Of a DNA stretch of 39,668 nt, positions 11,976 through 23,169 are shown piece by piece. Source of the stretch: Bigelowiella natans CCMP2755 (Eukaryota; Protista; Cercozoa). The stretch spans positions 1 through 39,668 of the forward strand of contig ADNK01000871.1 of assembly GCA_000320545.1 (NCBI GenBank), given 5' to 3'. How positions within the stretch are numbered: the first letter of the stretch is position 1; each line of letters begins with the position of its first letter. The notes beneath the pieces are model-generated. The model saw only the letters and a list, made by a program, of their open reading frames with translations. It was not told where the DNA came from and did not search any database. The position numbers and the translations under genes were made by a program.

Positions 11976-13785
11976 ATGTTATTTTGGGGTGCTACAGTTC
12001 CTCCGAAGAAGACAATTGAAGTTGAGATTGCTTCAAATGAAACCTTGTCTATCTCAAATGCTACACTCGTGGTGCCGGGAAAAGTCAAGAAAGATGCTGC
12101 AGACATTCAACACTTGCTTAAATGCTCATCTGATGGGAAAAGCTACGTTGTCTGCGCTCTTAGACCAAAAGTGAATGAGAGTGTGCCACTCGCAGTTGTC
12201 TTGACAGCTGGAACTACTTTCACATTCAAAGGGAGCAGTTCCTACGCTATTTCTCTTGTTGGACATAGGGTTCGTCGTTCAATCTAAGCAGTATGAATGT
12301 GTTTGTGTTGGTAGCAAATATTACCGTAGATGACATCTTGCTTGGCATTGTTGGTAGCAAATATTACCGTAGATGACATCTTGCTTGGCATCCACCCATT
12401 GAGAAAATTGTAAAACTCAATAGGTAGTTGATGACGATGAAACGAACACGAATGTTACCGACGAAGGAGGAAATGATGAGGATGAGGATGACAAAGAAGT
12501 AAGAAGAATATCTATTCTTCTCTAGATTCTTCATCAGACAATCCCCATAATTCCCCTCTTTTCAATCAACATTGTTTTTATTTTATAATTTTCAAACCTT
12601 ATACAATAATTTGTAGGGTAAAGAGCAAAGTGTTGAATCGGAAGGTGATGAGGAGGAAGATGATGAGGAGGATGAAGACGAAGAGGATGATGGGGACGAA
12701 GATGATGAGGACGACGATGATGATGATGATGAAGAGGAGGAGGAGGAAGAAGAAGAAGAAGAAGAAATAAAGAAAAACTTAAAAAAGCGAAAAGTCTCTC
12801 CTACTTCTAATTCGTCTGCAGAACCGGCGGTATGAATCTATGAAGAAAATGATGATGTGATGATGACGATGATGCAGAACTGGCTGTATCAATCTATGAA
12901 GAAAATGAGGACGTGATGATAATGATGACGATGAGTTTTGAACCATTTAGATCTCCCAAATTCATCATGTTTCGAAATAATCACGACTGGAAAATATTTA
13001 TGAAGTTTTCATTATGACTATTTTTCCTCAAATATGCACACATTTACGGTATTGCTATTCTTGTTTATATGTCTTGCAGGCAAAGATTCCCAAAAAAAAA
13101 AAAATTGTAAAACTAAGAGATGGTTTGAAATATCGTGACCTATTGGAAGGAAAAGGACGCAAGGTGACAAGGACAGAGTTCGTCGCTCTCCTTACACATC
13201 TTCACAATGATTCACATAATATTACAGGCTAAAAAAGGCGACAGACTATCTGTCCGGTATCGTGGTTTGCTGAAGAGTGGTATAACCTTCGACACGAACA
13301 TGCCAAAAGGGAGACCCTTTCGTTTCCAACTGGTACTACTACTTTTATTCAAGATTAACGATGCATTATCATATCACTTTCTACTGCATATAGCAAAACA
13401 CGAGAGAACCCAATCATCAATGTCATGAACCAAACTTTTATTAACGATGACATCTACTGTTCTACAATGTTGCATTTGAGCTGGCTACCTTTGAGATATT
13501 GTTGTGGTTGTTGTTATTGTTTTTCGTAAGGGGGCTGGAGAAGTCGTTAAAGGATGGGATCTAGGACTAGTAGGGATGGCCGCCGGTGGAAGACGGGAGG
13601 TTGTTATTCCTCCAAAACTTGGGTAACGTGAATCTGTGTTCATTAAATTGTTTAAATGAATAAGAAAATAGCCAATCATAACGACATTTCGATGCTCAAT
13701 CAGGTATGGTCAGGGAGGTGCAGGAGACAAGATCCCCCCCAACGCAACGTTGCTGTTTGACATTGAACTATTAAAAATTAATTGA
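11976..13785 (+). CDS. Nucleoplasmin-like domain + acidic tract + FKBP peptidyl-prolyl isomerase (FKBP39/FKBP53/Fpr3-4 type histone chaperone)
   Basis: N-terminal MLFWGATV...ISLVGH NPL fold, D/E-rich exon 12618-12829, then [63 protein letters not shown]...IPPNATLLFDIELL. Stop at 13783-13785. Confidence 0.92.
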
Positions 13786-13859
13786 ATGTGAATTTCCACT
13801 TAATCATCAACAGCTGACATTGTTTGCTTCTGAAACAACGTGTTTTGTATTGGCGTAGT

Positions 13860-14700
13860 TGCAGTTTCTTGCACATGTGTGCTAATCTAGTAATGTACAC
13901 ATATACTGCACCGCAATGCATGGAAGCGTTAGTCATTGAAATATGCAGCTACATGAGCGTGCGAGATACTCGCCCAAGCTAGCAGCACGCATGGTGTCCA
14001 TGTCAACAGTAGGAATCAAGCAGAGCTAAAGAGCCAGACCTAGCTAGAGTGCAAGCGATGATGAGCATGAACCTCTGTTGTTAGCTAGCTAGCTCGATCA
14101 TGCTAAGCAGTGCTGTTTCGATTGGCATGTGACATTCAGCTCTAGCTAGAGCTCATCAGAGCTGACAATTGATGTCGTGTCGCAGTCTCTAGGTCTAGCT
14201 AGCTAGCTAGCCGTGCTAGCGTGTCGGTGCGCGCGAAACAGGCTAGCTAGCTCTGTTGGCATACAGAGCTGCGCTAGCACGACTAGCAAATAGCACAGCG
14301 AGGGCCACATTCTAGCAGAGCAGGCACTCTAGCACTGCCGCTGTTGTTCGATCTATCTAGCTATGTGTATATGACATAGAGATGACCATGCTAGCGCATG
14401 TCCAGATGTGAAGTGCACAAGCTTGTCTAGTCTAGTAGTAACAATAGACATACGCACATAGTAGTAGTAGTTGTACGATGTACACGATCTAGTGATTCAC
14501 ACATGATGCTGGGATGCATGCTGTCTAGCTAGCTAGCTGTGTCTATTGACTGTGTCCATTGTGATGCCTGCCTAGCTCTAGAGCTGCGTGTGCATGCGTT
14601 TCGTTCACTACCCACGCACATGTGCACGTCCAGCTCATCACATACACACACAGACGTGCAGTCACACACTGCGTATGAATTACACATGCATTGAGTATAA
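13860..14700. mobile_element. Degenerate repeat/TE-like island 3 (extreme CTAG/AGCT enrichment)
   Basis: About 30 CTAG counted by hand in 13887-14582. Shares ACAATAGACATACG (14441) with island 2 (9724). Confidence 0.5.
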
Positions 14701-15106
14701 AACCCGATAAATAATTAAAGCTGCTCTTAATCCCTTAGATACCTCATAGTTGAAACGTAACGCTGCACATATAAACTGAGTGTCGACTATATTTGCTGAT
14801 TCTAGTGTACTTCAACAAGCCCAATTGAAACATGTAATTTACAAAAAGCTATTGTACCGGTGTGCTATTGTACTGCAGACTTTCAGCAATATCCCAACCC
14901 CTCTATTGTACGTAAGTTTATGATGGGCATATAAAAGAACAGAGTATGATTACATTCTTGACGATAGCTATTCCTATTTTTCTTCGACATTTACAAAGAT
15001 CTGTTGCATTATTAAAAAACAGTAATTGACAACCTATTTTTAGTAGCCACAAGCTTTTAGGTACCAAATTAATGACTGAACCTATTTTCTCCAACAATGG
15101 TGGGAA

Positions 15107-15634
15107 TTAGTACGAAGGTGTTACGTGTGAGGACATATGTGGATCCAGAAACACTTGACCGGGCTGGGGATAACCAATCTGCTGAACGTAAGTAGTCGCT
15201 TGAGGGTAATGGGTCATCATACTTCCTTGCATATTCGGATGCATCTGAGACGACGGGTGAAACTGTGATGGTGTAATTATTTGGGCTGGCTGGCTCCTTA
15301 TCATTGCGTCATGCAATGGTTGCATTGTGCCAGGGACAGTGGAATTATAAGGATCAGGATAAACTTGCTGGATGTAGTTCACTGCATTCCCATTACTGTT
15401 CTTTTTATTCGCATTGCGTCGATTCTGCCCTTGGTTTTGCCGATTGCGTCCTCCTCGCTGATAATTATTGCGCTGCTTCCCCTGATTATTCCAGCTGTGC
15501 TGCTGTTTGGGCGGGGCAGTAGTACTTGGAAGAGGTTCCCCAGCAATAAACTTCATCTTCTGCACTATTAGTCTTTCCCATTTCTGAACAGAAAAATAAC
15601 CTCGTGTCCATCAAGGATACATACCCAAGTTACG

Positions 15635-15681
<47 letters not shown>

Positions 15682-18600
15682 ACGTGTCTCGCATACGCAA
15701 TATCAATGCACCTTGCGGATACTTTTCCGAAGGGCGTTGAGTTGAGGCTTGATCAGCCCAACGAGGGCAGAGGCTTGAGAAGGAGCAGCCACGTTTAAAG
15801 CATTTTGCATCACATAGTTTCCATATGAATCTTCTAGGAGTTGACGGACTAAGAATTAAACGATTCATTATGGAAACCCAGGATATGAAATCTGGATAAG
15901 ATATACCGGATGTGCCAGACGTATTCCGTCTGTCCATGAGTTCCTCAATAATATTTGCTTGCCAATCTGTGCTTCCAACACGAAGGCATTTCTCGACAAC
16001 ATTGGAGCTAAACTTTTGGCGTGAAAGGCCACAGTAATGGCTTTTGAGTCTAGAATGCAGAAGTTTGATGGCATCACCGTTTGTATCTGACTCCTTGTGA
16101 TCTCCTAAAAGGTCATCATAATTTAAAAAGAGAAGTGTGATAAATATTTGCATGCATTACCTTGGGTAGAATTCTGCTTGTTGATTATTGATCGATCAAT
16201 GATGTGTTGGATAAGGTAGTTTCCATATTGATCATTGACCAATTGCAGAACTTTGAGTAACACTTTTTCTGAGAGGTTCATGAAATCTTTCGGCTTAGCT
16301 AAAGTCATGCACTTTTTAAGAACGCACAACCCATGCTGATGTACCGCCAACTTATAACATGTCTTGTATGCCAAGTTAAAAATAGGGGTAACCATCGATA
16401 GCGGAAATTTGTCCAGAACCGCGTGAATAACATGCGACCCGTTGGAGTCGCGCATCAATCGAAGAAGGTCTGACTCACGGGAAATAGAACTCATGAAGAC
16501 CTCCCGCTGCTGATGTGTAGTAGTGGCACCTACAATCTTTTGGACAGCCCTTGTTCCTTGTCTATCGCAAGATATATGTGGGAAATGGTTCGCTAATTTT
16601 GCAAGCATGTTGTCCCTTTGCTGTTCGTTACACTTCTCTATTAGCTTTTGGCACAAGTAGTTCCCAAACAAATCCACCATCAACTCTGGGAGGTCAGATA
16701 AGACTTCCTTGATCACGAGGCTGATAAAAAGTTGCTTATGCTGACAACACCAACACGCTGAGAAAAACTGCATGTATTGAAATTACCTGAAATATCCTGG
16801 GTGGCCTTCAGCAATCCGCTGTTGTAAGAATCGACTACCAGACTACAAACAAAAGTATTTTGAAGAAGGTTTTCAGATATATTGTGTTAGTTGAACCTGA
16901 GTTTTTGCCAGCAATGTGACTCTTCCTTCGAACATCGGCAGAAACTGGTCAACTTCACCACTATTCCCGGGCTGATTTAACATGGCGGTTAACTTACTCT
17001 GAAGTTCTTGAATTGAAGGATGCATGGAAGCTCTGTTCCTGATCAAAGAAAATACTTGAGATGCTAAAGTCCATCAGATGATGACAGGGCCACTAGTACC
17101 TAGAGTTCTCATGTTTCTTATGAGATTTTTGATGACTTCCTTGAGGGGTATTCTGGGGCACATGTGAGGGGTAATGCATCTCACTTGACGGGAATCTCAT
17201 GGAGACCATACTTGGCATGCCGTTGGGAGTAGCGTATTGTGAAGGGAGTCCTGCGTATCCCATATTTGTGCCTCCATCAACCCCCGAATTCACTGAAAAC
17301 CATATTATCAATCAAATAGTAACCCTTGGCCTCAATTGCAAAGAGATTGGGGAGAATAACAAACCTCCATAGCTTCCTTGGTATGTAGCATGTGCCAAGA
17401 AGGGTTTGGATTGGACCATGTGAGGAGGTGGAATCTGAGCTTGCAACTGCAGATGAGGCATTTGCATAGCCATTGGAGGAACTCCGGGAGCATATTGGGG
17501 GCTTGAATATGGACTAGGATAAGAATATTGCTGGGGAGAGTATTGTGCAGATTGTAGATATTGTTGCCTAGGTATATACGGCCCTCCAGGTCCAATTGAA
17601 TTAGATTGCTGTTGTGCTAGCATTTGAGATGGGTGAGTCCATCCTACAATATTGTTGGGGAGTTTACTATTTTTCATATTAATACAAATCAAGTCTCTAC
17701 CTTGTTGATCATATTCCTGCCTGTAAATGAGATTATTTTTTGATGTGTTATCTTCAAAATGAGAGTTCCGCGCCTCACTGCTGTACTGCTCATAGGCATT
17801 CGCTTGAGGAGGAACATTTTCTATGAAAGATCCGCCGGTCGGTTGTTTTAACTCCGATGTACTATCTTTCACTTCGCTTGGGATCTGAGATTTCGAGCTA
17901 GCCACCTCAAGCGGTGCCACGGGTGAAGCTCTTTTCTCTGCCTCACTTTGTCCCTCATCTTTCCCCTCTTCAGTCTCATTTTCAGGAACCTTCAACATCT
18001 TGAGGGAACCCATCAGACTTGAGTTTTCGGACAAAAGTGCGGAGTCAGGCGCTTGATTTTTTTGAGATTGTTGCCCTCCAAGGCCTAAGATCGTGATGGA
18101 TCAGCGGCTGAGGAAATATTTATACAGAATACAGAAAATGCATCACCCATTTTTTGGAGAGACTTCGAAAGCCTATGTACACGCTCTTGGCCTCCTCTTT
18201 GCACTGCTTTAAATGCTCCTCCTGAAGAGAAAGATGCTACTGGTGCCTTATTCACTGACGCGCTTTTTCTCTCTGTTGAAAGTAGGAAAAAATAAGTGTA
18301 AACTTTAGTATTTCCTTCTCAAAAGTCTATGCTACTTCAGAAGCATATGTTTTTTCTGAGAAGAGAAATACAACATATTTACTATGTTAAAGGGTTGAAT
18401 ACCCAAATTTATAATAGCCGGGAGAACACTTCCCTGATGAATGCTCCTTAGTTGCGTAACTACACGAAGGGGAAAAAGTCAGCAGTGGGTATGAAAATAT
18501 TATAGATGCTAAGCACCATTTTTTCTGTTGTGCATCACAGAAGTCGGGGTCAATGAGCGGAAATTGTATCGCGGAAACTTTGAATCAACAGGAGGCCCTA

Positions 18601-19557
18601 TCAGATTCCTCACACGGACATTGGAACCACTGTTTACTCTTCCAGGACGTGTATCAGATTTTGGTTCCTTCCTCCCTGAAGATAATACAAATTAGAATTC
18701 GTTTGAGAGCATGAATATCATTTTACCCGTGGAGTTGACCAGCTTGGGCGGGGTGCGAGAAAAGAAGGGAAGGGGAGCTCCAATAATGCTTTGAGGAGAA
18801 GGGCTCCTGGAGTTAGCAGAACCCTTTTGCCAAGATTCATCGCCTTTAACACCGCTCCACGGAGGAGCGGATCCCAAACCCTGCCTCCTTTTAGCTGTGA
18901 AAGGTGATACGTCATTCCAGCTTGCCATTCCCAAGGGACTGGGGGTTGACTTCCTAGATTCCTTCGCTTCATACGTAAGCCCGCTGGATCCGACGATAGA
19001 TGTGAAGGGGGGTGGGGTAACTTTGCTTCGTTGCTGCCTCAGGTCAGATGCCCGTGGGACTGACGTGGACCTCAAACTGTATATTTAACCACAGAACATC
19101 AATCTCTAATGAAATATAATGTTGCAACTGACACCTTGCGCAATTGACGAATATGGTACAAAATTTAACCATCTATTCACATCAGAGTGAAAACGGTATT
19201 TCAGGTTCGTTCTTTGGAGACATACCTGCTTATTATTTCTTCTCTTTTAACTTCGAGGACAGATCGTGACCGCATCACATAGTCTTGCATGATTGGACTT
19301 GCCCTCCACGAACTCTCACCAAATTTTCCGAGAAAGAACGATTGGCCTTCTTTACTATTCTTTTCACCCTCTGTATTGCCGCTTTTCTTTGCTTCTTCCG
19401 ACCGCAAGTTTTCGTTTTCTTTCACATAAGAAGGGTTGATGGGAGGTTTGCCGGAGACACTGGTGTTCTCCTTCGAACAATTCACCCGTTTGAATTGGGG
19501 GGTGGAAGAGGAGGAGCTGGAAGAGGAACCAGTAGGGTTCTTACCGTCTGCCATCAT
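15107..19557 (-). CDS. PUF/Pumilio RNA-binding protein (Puf4/5, APUM7-12-like class), multi-exon, with long disordered N-terminus and Q/N/P-rich C-terminus
   Basis: Eight Puf repeats: GSRFLQ, LMVDLFGNYLCQK, CDRQGTRAVQK, DSNGSHVIH, HQHGLCVLKKC, DQYGNYLIQH, QKFSSNVVEKC, DSYGNYVMQ. Start codon (MMADG, 19557) is tentative. Confidence 0.92.
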
Positions 19558-19559
19558 CA

Positions 19560-20628
19560 AATTAAGCACGACTTTTCGTTCTCCTTCCTTAGCAAAGATG
19601 CGCGCTCTTTAGTTGCCACACAAAGAATCTAAATACTCTCCGCGCTATACAATGGATTTTTTGCTCGTCGCGCCTCCTCTCCAAGGACCGGTTTAGAAAA
19701 GGGCAGTCTATCCGTATGAGAGGTTGATGGCGGCAAACCTTTTCGTTCCTTCCCTTCTGCAAGTGTAATCAGTACACTGCAGCAAGAAGTTTTTTTCCTT
19801 TTGTAAAAATACCCTTAGAGTTTCACAAAGATTAAAATATTGGATGGTCGTTACATGAAATTACACGTAATTAGACATTAATTTTTGCATGATGAAAACC
19901 AATTTTTCTGTTGATGGGAAAAATGCACAGGGTTTTTCCGTCAGTCCTATCTTTTGATAAACATAGGCCGTTTGAGAAACATTTAGGCCTTAAACGCTGG
20001 AGGCTCACTGACTGATACGAATTGGCGCGTATTTTTCAGTCCGTTCTCGACAGGGGTACTCGTATTCACTTCGATCAAGAGGTGATTTTTTCGGGAAACA
20101 ATTGCCTATTTTTTAGAAAGTTAAAAAGCGGCATAATGCCGCTGACGCACGCATGTTCCTTTCGGTACGGCGAGTCCGAAACCTAGGGCCTTTTTTTACA
20201 CCTTCACCCCCGTGAATTCGATACATTTCTCGAAACTTTATCACTACTATGAATACTTACGGATAAAAACAAGGACAAAACTTCTGTATTTCATTTATTT
20301 TAGAAGACGGCAAATAGAATAACCCATAAAAGATTATTTTAAATCCGAAACTACATATCTTAGATTTTCAGCTGACGAAAACCTTACGAGAAGGTATCCA
20401 CATTCTCAAATTAAAACTTGTTTTCGACTGCCGCAGATACCTGAGACATTTTAGATTTATGTTATAACGTCAATGAATCTGAGTTGACTCAAGTGTAAAA
20501 TAGATTCTATTTTTTAGGGAGATTAGGCTTCAGTAAAGTTCAGCGAGACCTTAAACGCGCATCTGATCGCTTGCGGAACCTCGTAACACACATTCCAAGA
20601 GGGAAATTTTCGATCCAGCGTTGGGCAC
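19560..20628. promoter_or_regulatory. Divergent (likely bidirectional) promoter region between PUF and GRP94
   Basis: About 1.07 kb between head-to-head starts, unique sequence; 17-bp palindrome AGCGGCAT-A-ATGCCGCT at 20127-20143. Confidence 0.5.
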
Positions 20629-23052
20629 ATGCAACTGCTAGGTTCTATGAAGAAGTTCAGCATTTTGCTTCTCTTTTTCTGCCTTCTCTGCAGCCCATAT
20701 GTAGCTCGGGCAGAAGATGGTACTGCTGATGCAGAAGCTGCAGCGGAACCTGCGAAGTCGTTTGATGGATTCAGCAAAGAAGAAATAGAATCAATGCAGG
20801 GCAAAACAGAGACTATGGAATTTCAAGCTGAGGTTAGCAGATTAATGGATATTATTATCAACTCTCTCTACAGCAATCGAGAGATCTTCATTCGTGAATT
20901 GATCTCCAATGCATCCGACGCGCTGGATAAAATTCGGTTCGAATCTTTGAAGGACAAAGACGCTGCCGGCGACATTCCACTTGAAATTCGCATAGAGTAC
21001 GACCAAGATGCCAAAACTCTTACAATCCAGGATTCTGGCGTTGGTATGTCGAAGGAGGATCTCGTGAAGAACTTAGGCACTGTGGCAAAATCTGGAACCA
21101 CGGATTTCGTTGAAAAGGCTGCGAGTGGCACCGACAGTCTCAGCCTTATTGGTCAATTTGGTGTGGGTTTTTACTCAGTGTATCTAGTTTCCGACGAGGT
21201 TACCGTATTTTCTAAGAAGAATGGCTTCGATCAGCAAGTTTGGAAGTCTTCGGCAAACCAAACCTTCAGTGTTGCTCCTGACCCACGGGGAGGTACTTTG
21301 AAGCGCGGTACTGCTGTGACCTTAAAACTCAAAGAGGACGCTGAAGAGTTTACGAATCCCGAGATTCTTGAGAGGTTGATAAAAAAGTATTCCCAGTTCA
21401 TTCAATTCCCGATCTATCTCCACACCCATAAGATGGAAAGTAAGGAGGTCCCAGTTGAGGAAGAGGAGAAACCAGAAGAGGCCGATGAAGGCGAAAAGTC
21501 CGAATCAGAGGAAGAGGATGACCTAGAGGTTGCAGATGAAGAAGACGAGGAAGAGAAAAAGCCTAAAACAAAAACTGTTACCGAAAAAGTATGGGAGTGG
21601 AAACACATAAACACTAATAAACCTATCTGGACTAGAAAACCTGCTGATATTGAGGAGAAAGAGTACATTGACTTCTACAAAGCCCTAACAAAGGACACCG
21701 AGGATCCAATTGAGTATTCCCATTTCAGTGCTGAGGGGGAGATTTCCTTTAAATCAATTCTCTATGTGCCCAAAAAGGCGCCACGTGGCTATTATGACAA
21801 CTACTACAAGAAAAGCACCGCTCTTAAGCTGTACGTTCGAAAGGTGTTGATCAGCGAAGAATTCGAAGATTTTATGCCTCGATATCTGGGCTTCATCAAA
21901 GGTGTTGTGGATTCCGAGGATCTTCCTTTAAACGTGTCGCGTGAAACTCTCCAACAGAGCAAAGTGCTCAGGGTGATGAGCAAGAAGCTCACTAGAAAAG
22001 CCATCGCCATGCTCCGGAAAATGGCAGAAGACTGTGAGGAAGATGACGAAGATGACGAAGATTCCGAGGAGGAAGAGGAAGAAGAGGAGAATGAGAAAGA
22101 GTGCAAATATGACACTTTCTTCGCTGAGTTTGGAAAGAGCTTAAAACTAGGTATTATCGAGGATAGTACGAATAAGAAAAAACTTGCAAAGCTCATTCGA
22201 TATGAAACGAGCAAGAGCGAAGGCAAGTTTATTGGACTTCAGGAGTACGTCGAGAATATGCCAGAAAGCCAAGAACATATTTACTACATAACTGGAGAGA
22301 ATAAGGATGCTGTGAAAAACTCACCCTTTATTGAACGTCTGACTAGAAAAGGCATTGAAGTAGTTTACATGGTAGATCCTCTTGATGAATATGTAATCAA
22401 CTCCATCCCTGAGTTCGACGGAGTAAAGTTGATGTCTGTCACCAAAGAGGATCTTGAAATTACGCAAAGCGAGGCAGCTAAGGAGAGGGAGAAAAAACTT
22501 AAAGAGGAGTTTAAGCCTTTCAGCGAGTGGCTAGCAAAGAAACTCGGAAAGAAAGTCTCAAAAGTGGAGGTCTCCAACCGCCTTGCCCAGTCGCCTTGCG
22601 TGCTTGTAACGTCGAAATATGGATGGTCAGCAAATATGGAAAGAATTATGAAAGCCCAAACACTGGGTAACGCTGAAGCACAGCCTTGGATGAAAGCTAG
22701 TAAGATTCTCGAGATCAATCCAAAACACCCTCTCATCAAGGAACTCAAGTCCCGTGCAGATAGTGACAGTGAAGGGGACGACCTAGATAACTTAATCGAC
22801 CTCCTATTTGGAACTGCTATGTTGACGTCTGGGTTTCCTGTTACCGACCCAAAGATATTCGCAAGTAATATCCATGCCGTGATTGCAAAGAATTTAGGTG
22901 TTGAGAGTCTTGAAGTCGAATTGGAAGCTGAAGAACCTCTCGATAGTGGTGATGAGGAAGAAGAGGATGAGGAGGACGAAGAGGACGAAGAAGAGGGAGA
23001 AGAGGAGGAAGAAGCTGGGGAAGCAACTTCAACTGATAAAGATGAGTTATAG
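20629..23052 (+). CDS. HSP90B1: Endoplasmin / GRP94 (ER HSP90), intronless
   Basis: 807-aa ORF with signal peptide (MKKFSILLLFFCLL..., likely start 20647). HSP90 motifs FQAEVSRLMDIIINSLYSN, ELISNASDALDKIR, IGQFGVGFYS and GVVDSEDLPLNVSRE; C-terminal KDEL. Confidence 0.99.
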   Translation: MQLLGSMKKFSILLLFFCLLCSPYVARAEDGTADAEAAAEPAKSFDGFSKEEIESMQGKTETMEFQAEVSRLMDIIINSLYSNREIFIRELISNASDALDKIRFESLKDKDAAGDIPLEIRIEYDQDAKTLTIQDSGVGMSKEDLVKNLGTVAKSGTTDFVEKAASGTDSLSLIGQFGVGFYSVYLVSDEVTVFSKKNGFDQQVWKSSANQTFSVAPDPRGGTLKRGTAVTLKLKEDAEEFTNPEILERLIKKYSQFIQFPIYLHTHKMESKEVPVEEEEKPEEADEGEKSESEEEDDLEVADEEDEEEKKPKTKTVTEKVWEWKHINTNKPIWTRKPADIEEKEYIDFYKALTKDTEDPIEYSHFSAEGEISFKSILYVPKKAPRGYYDNYYKKSTALKLYVRKVLISEEFEDFMPRYLGFIKGVVDSEDLPLNVSRETLQQSKVLRVMSKKLTRKAIAMLRKMAEDCEEDDEDDEDSEEEEEEEENEKECKYDTFFAEFGKSLKLGIIEDSTNKKKLAKLIRYETSKSEGKFIGLQEYVENMPESQEHIYYITGENKDAVKNSPFIERLTRKGIEVVYMVDPLDEYVINSIPEFDGVKLMSVTKEDLEITQSEAAKEREKKLKEEFKPFSEWLAKKLGKKVSKVEVSNRLAQSPCVLVTSKYGWSANMERIMKAQTLGNAEAQPWMKASKILEINPKHPLIKELKSRADSDSEGDDLDNLIDLLFGTAMLTSGFPVTDPKIFASNIHAVIAKNLGVESLEVELEAEEPLDSGDEEEEDEEDEEDEEEGEEEEEAGEATSTDKDEL

Positions 23053-23169
23053 ATTGCTGCGTTTTTTATAGTGTAACCCCCTGATTGTAAGGTTAATATT
23101 GCGTACTATTGCTGGTGCGATGATAAATTGGGAGCATGTAAAACAAATCACATACAGAATTTGCGTTTT

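Noticed and set aside
13860-14700. Classical RIP or CpG-methylation decay as the cause of the islands
   Set aside because: RIP depletes CA/TG and raises TA generally, and CpG decay removes CG. Here CA, TG and CG are abundant and TA survives mainly in CTA/TAG.
20868-23032. Antisense ORFs within GRP94
   Set aside because: Shadow ORFs of a strongly biased coding strand; poly-Ser tracts mirror the acidic tracts.
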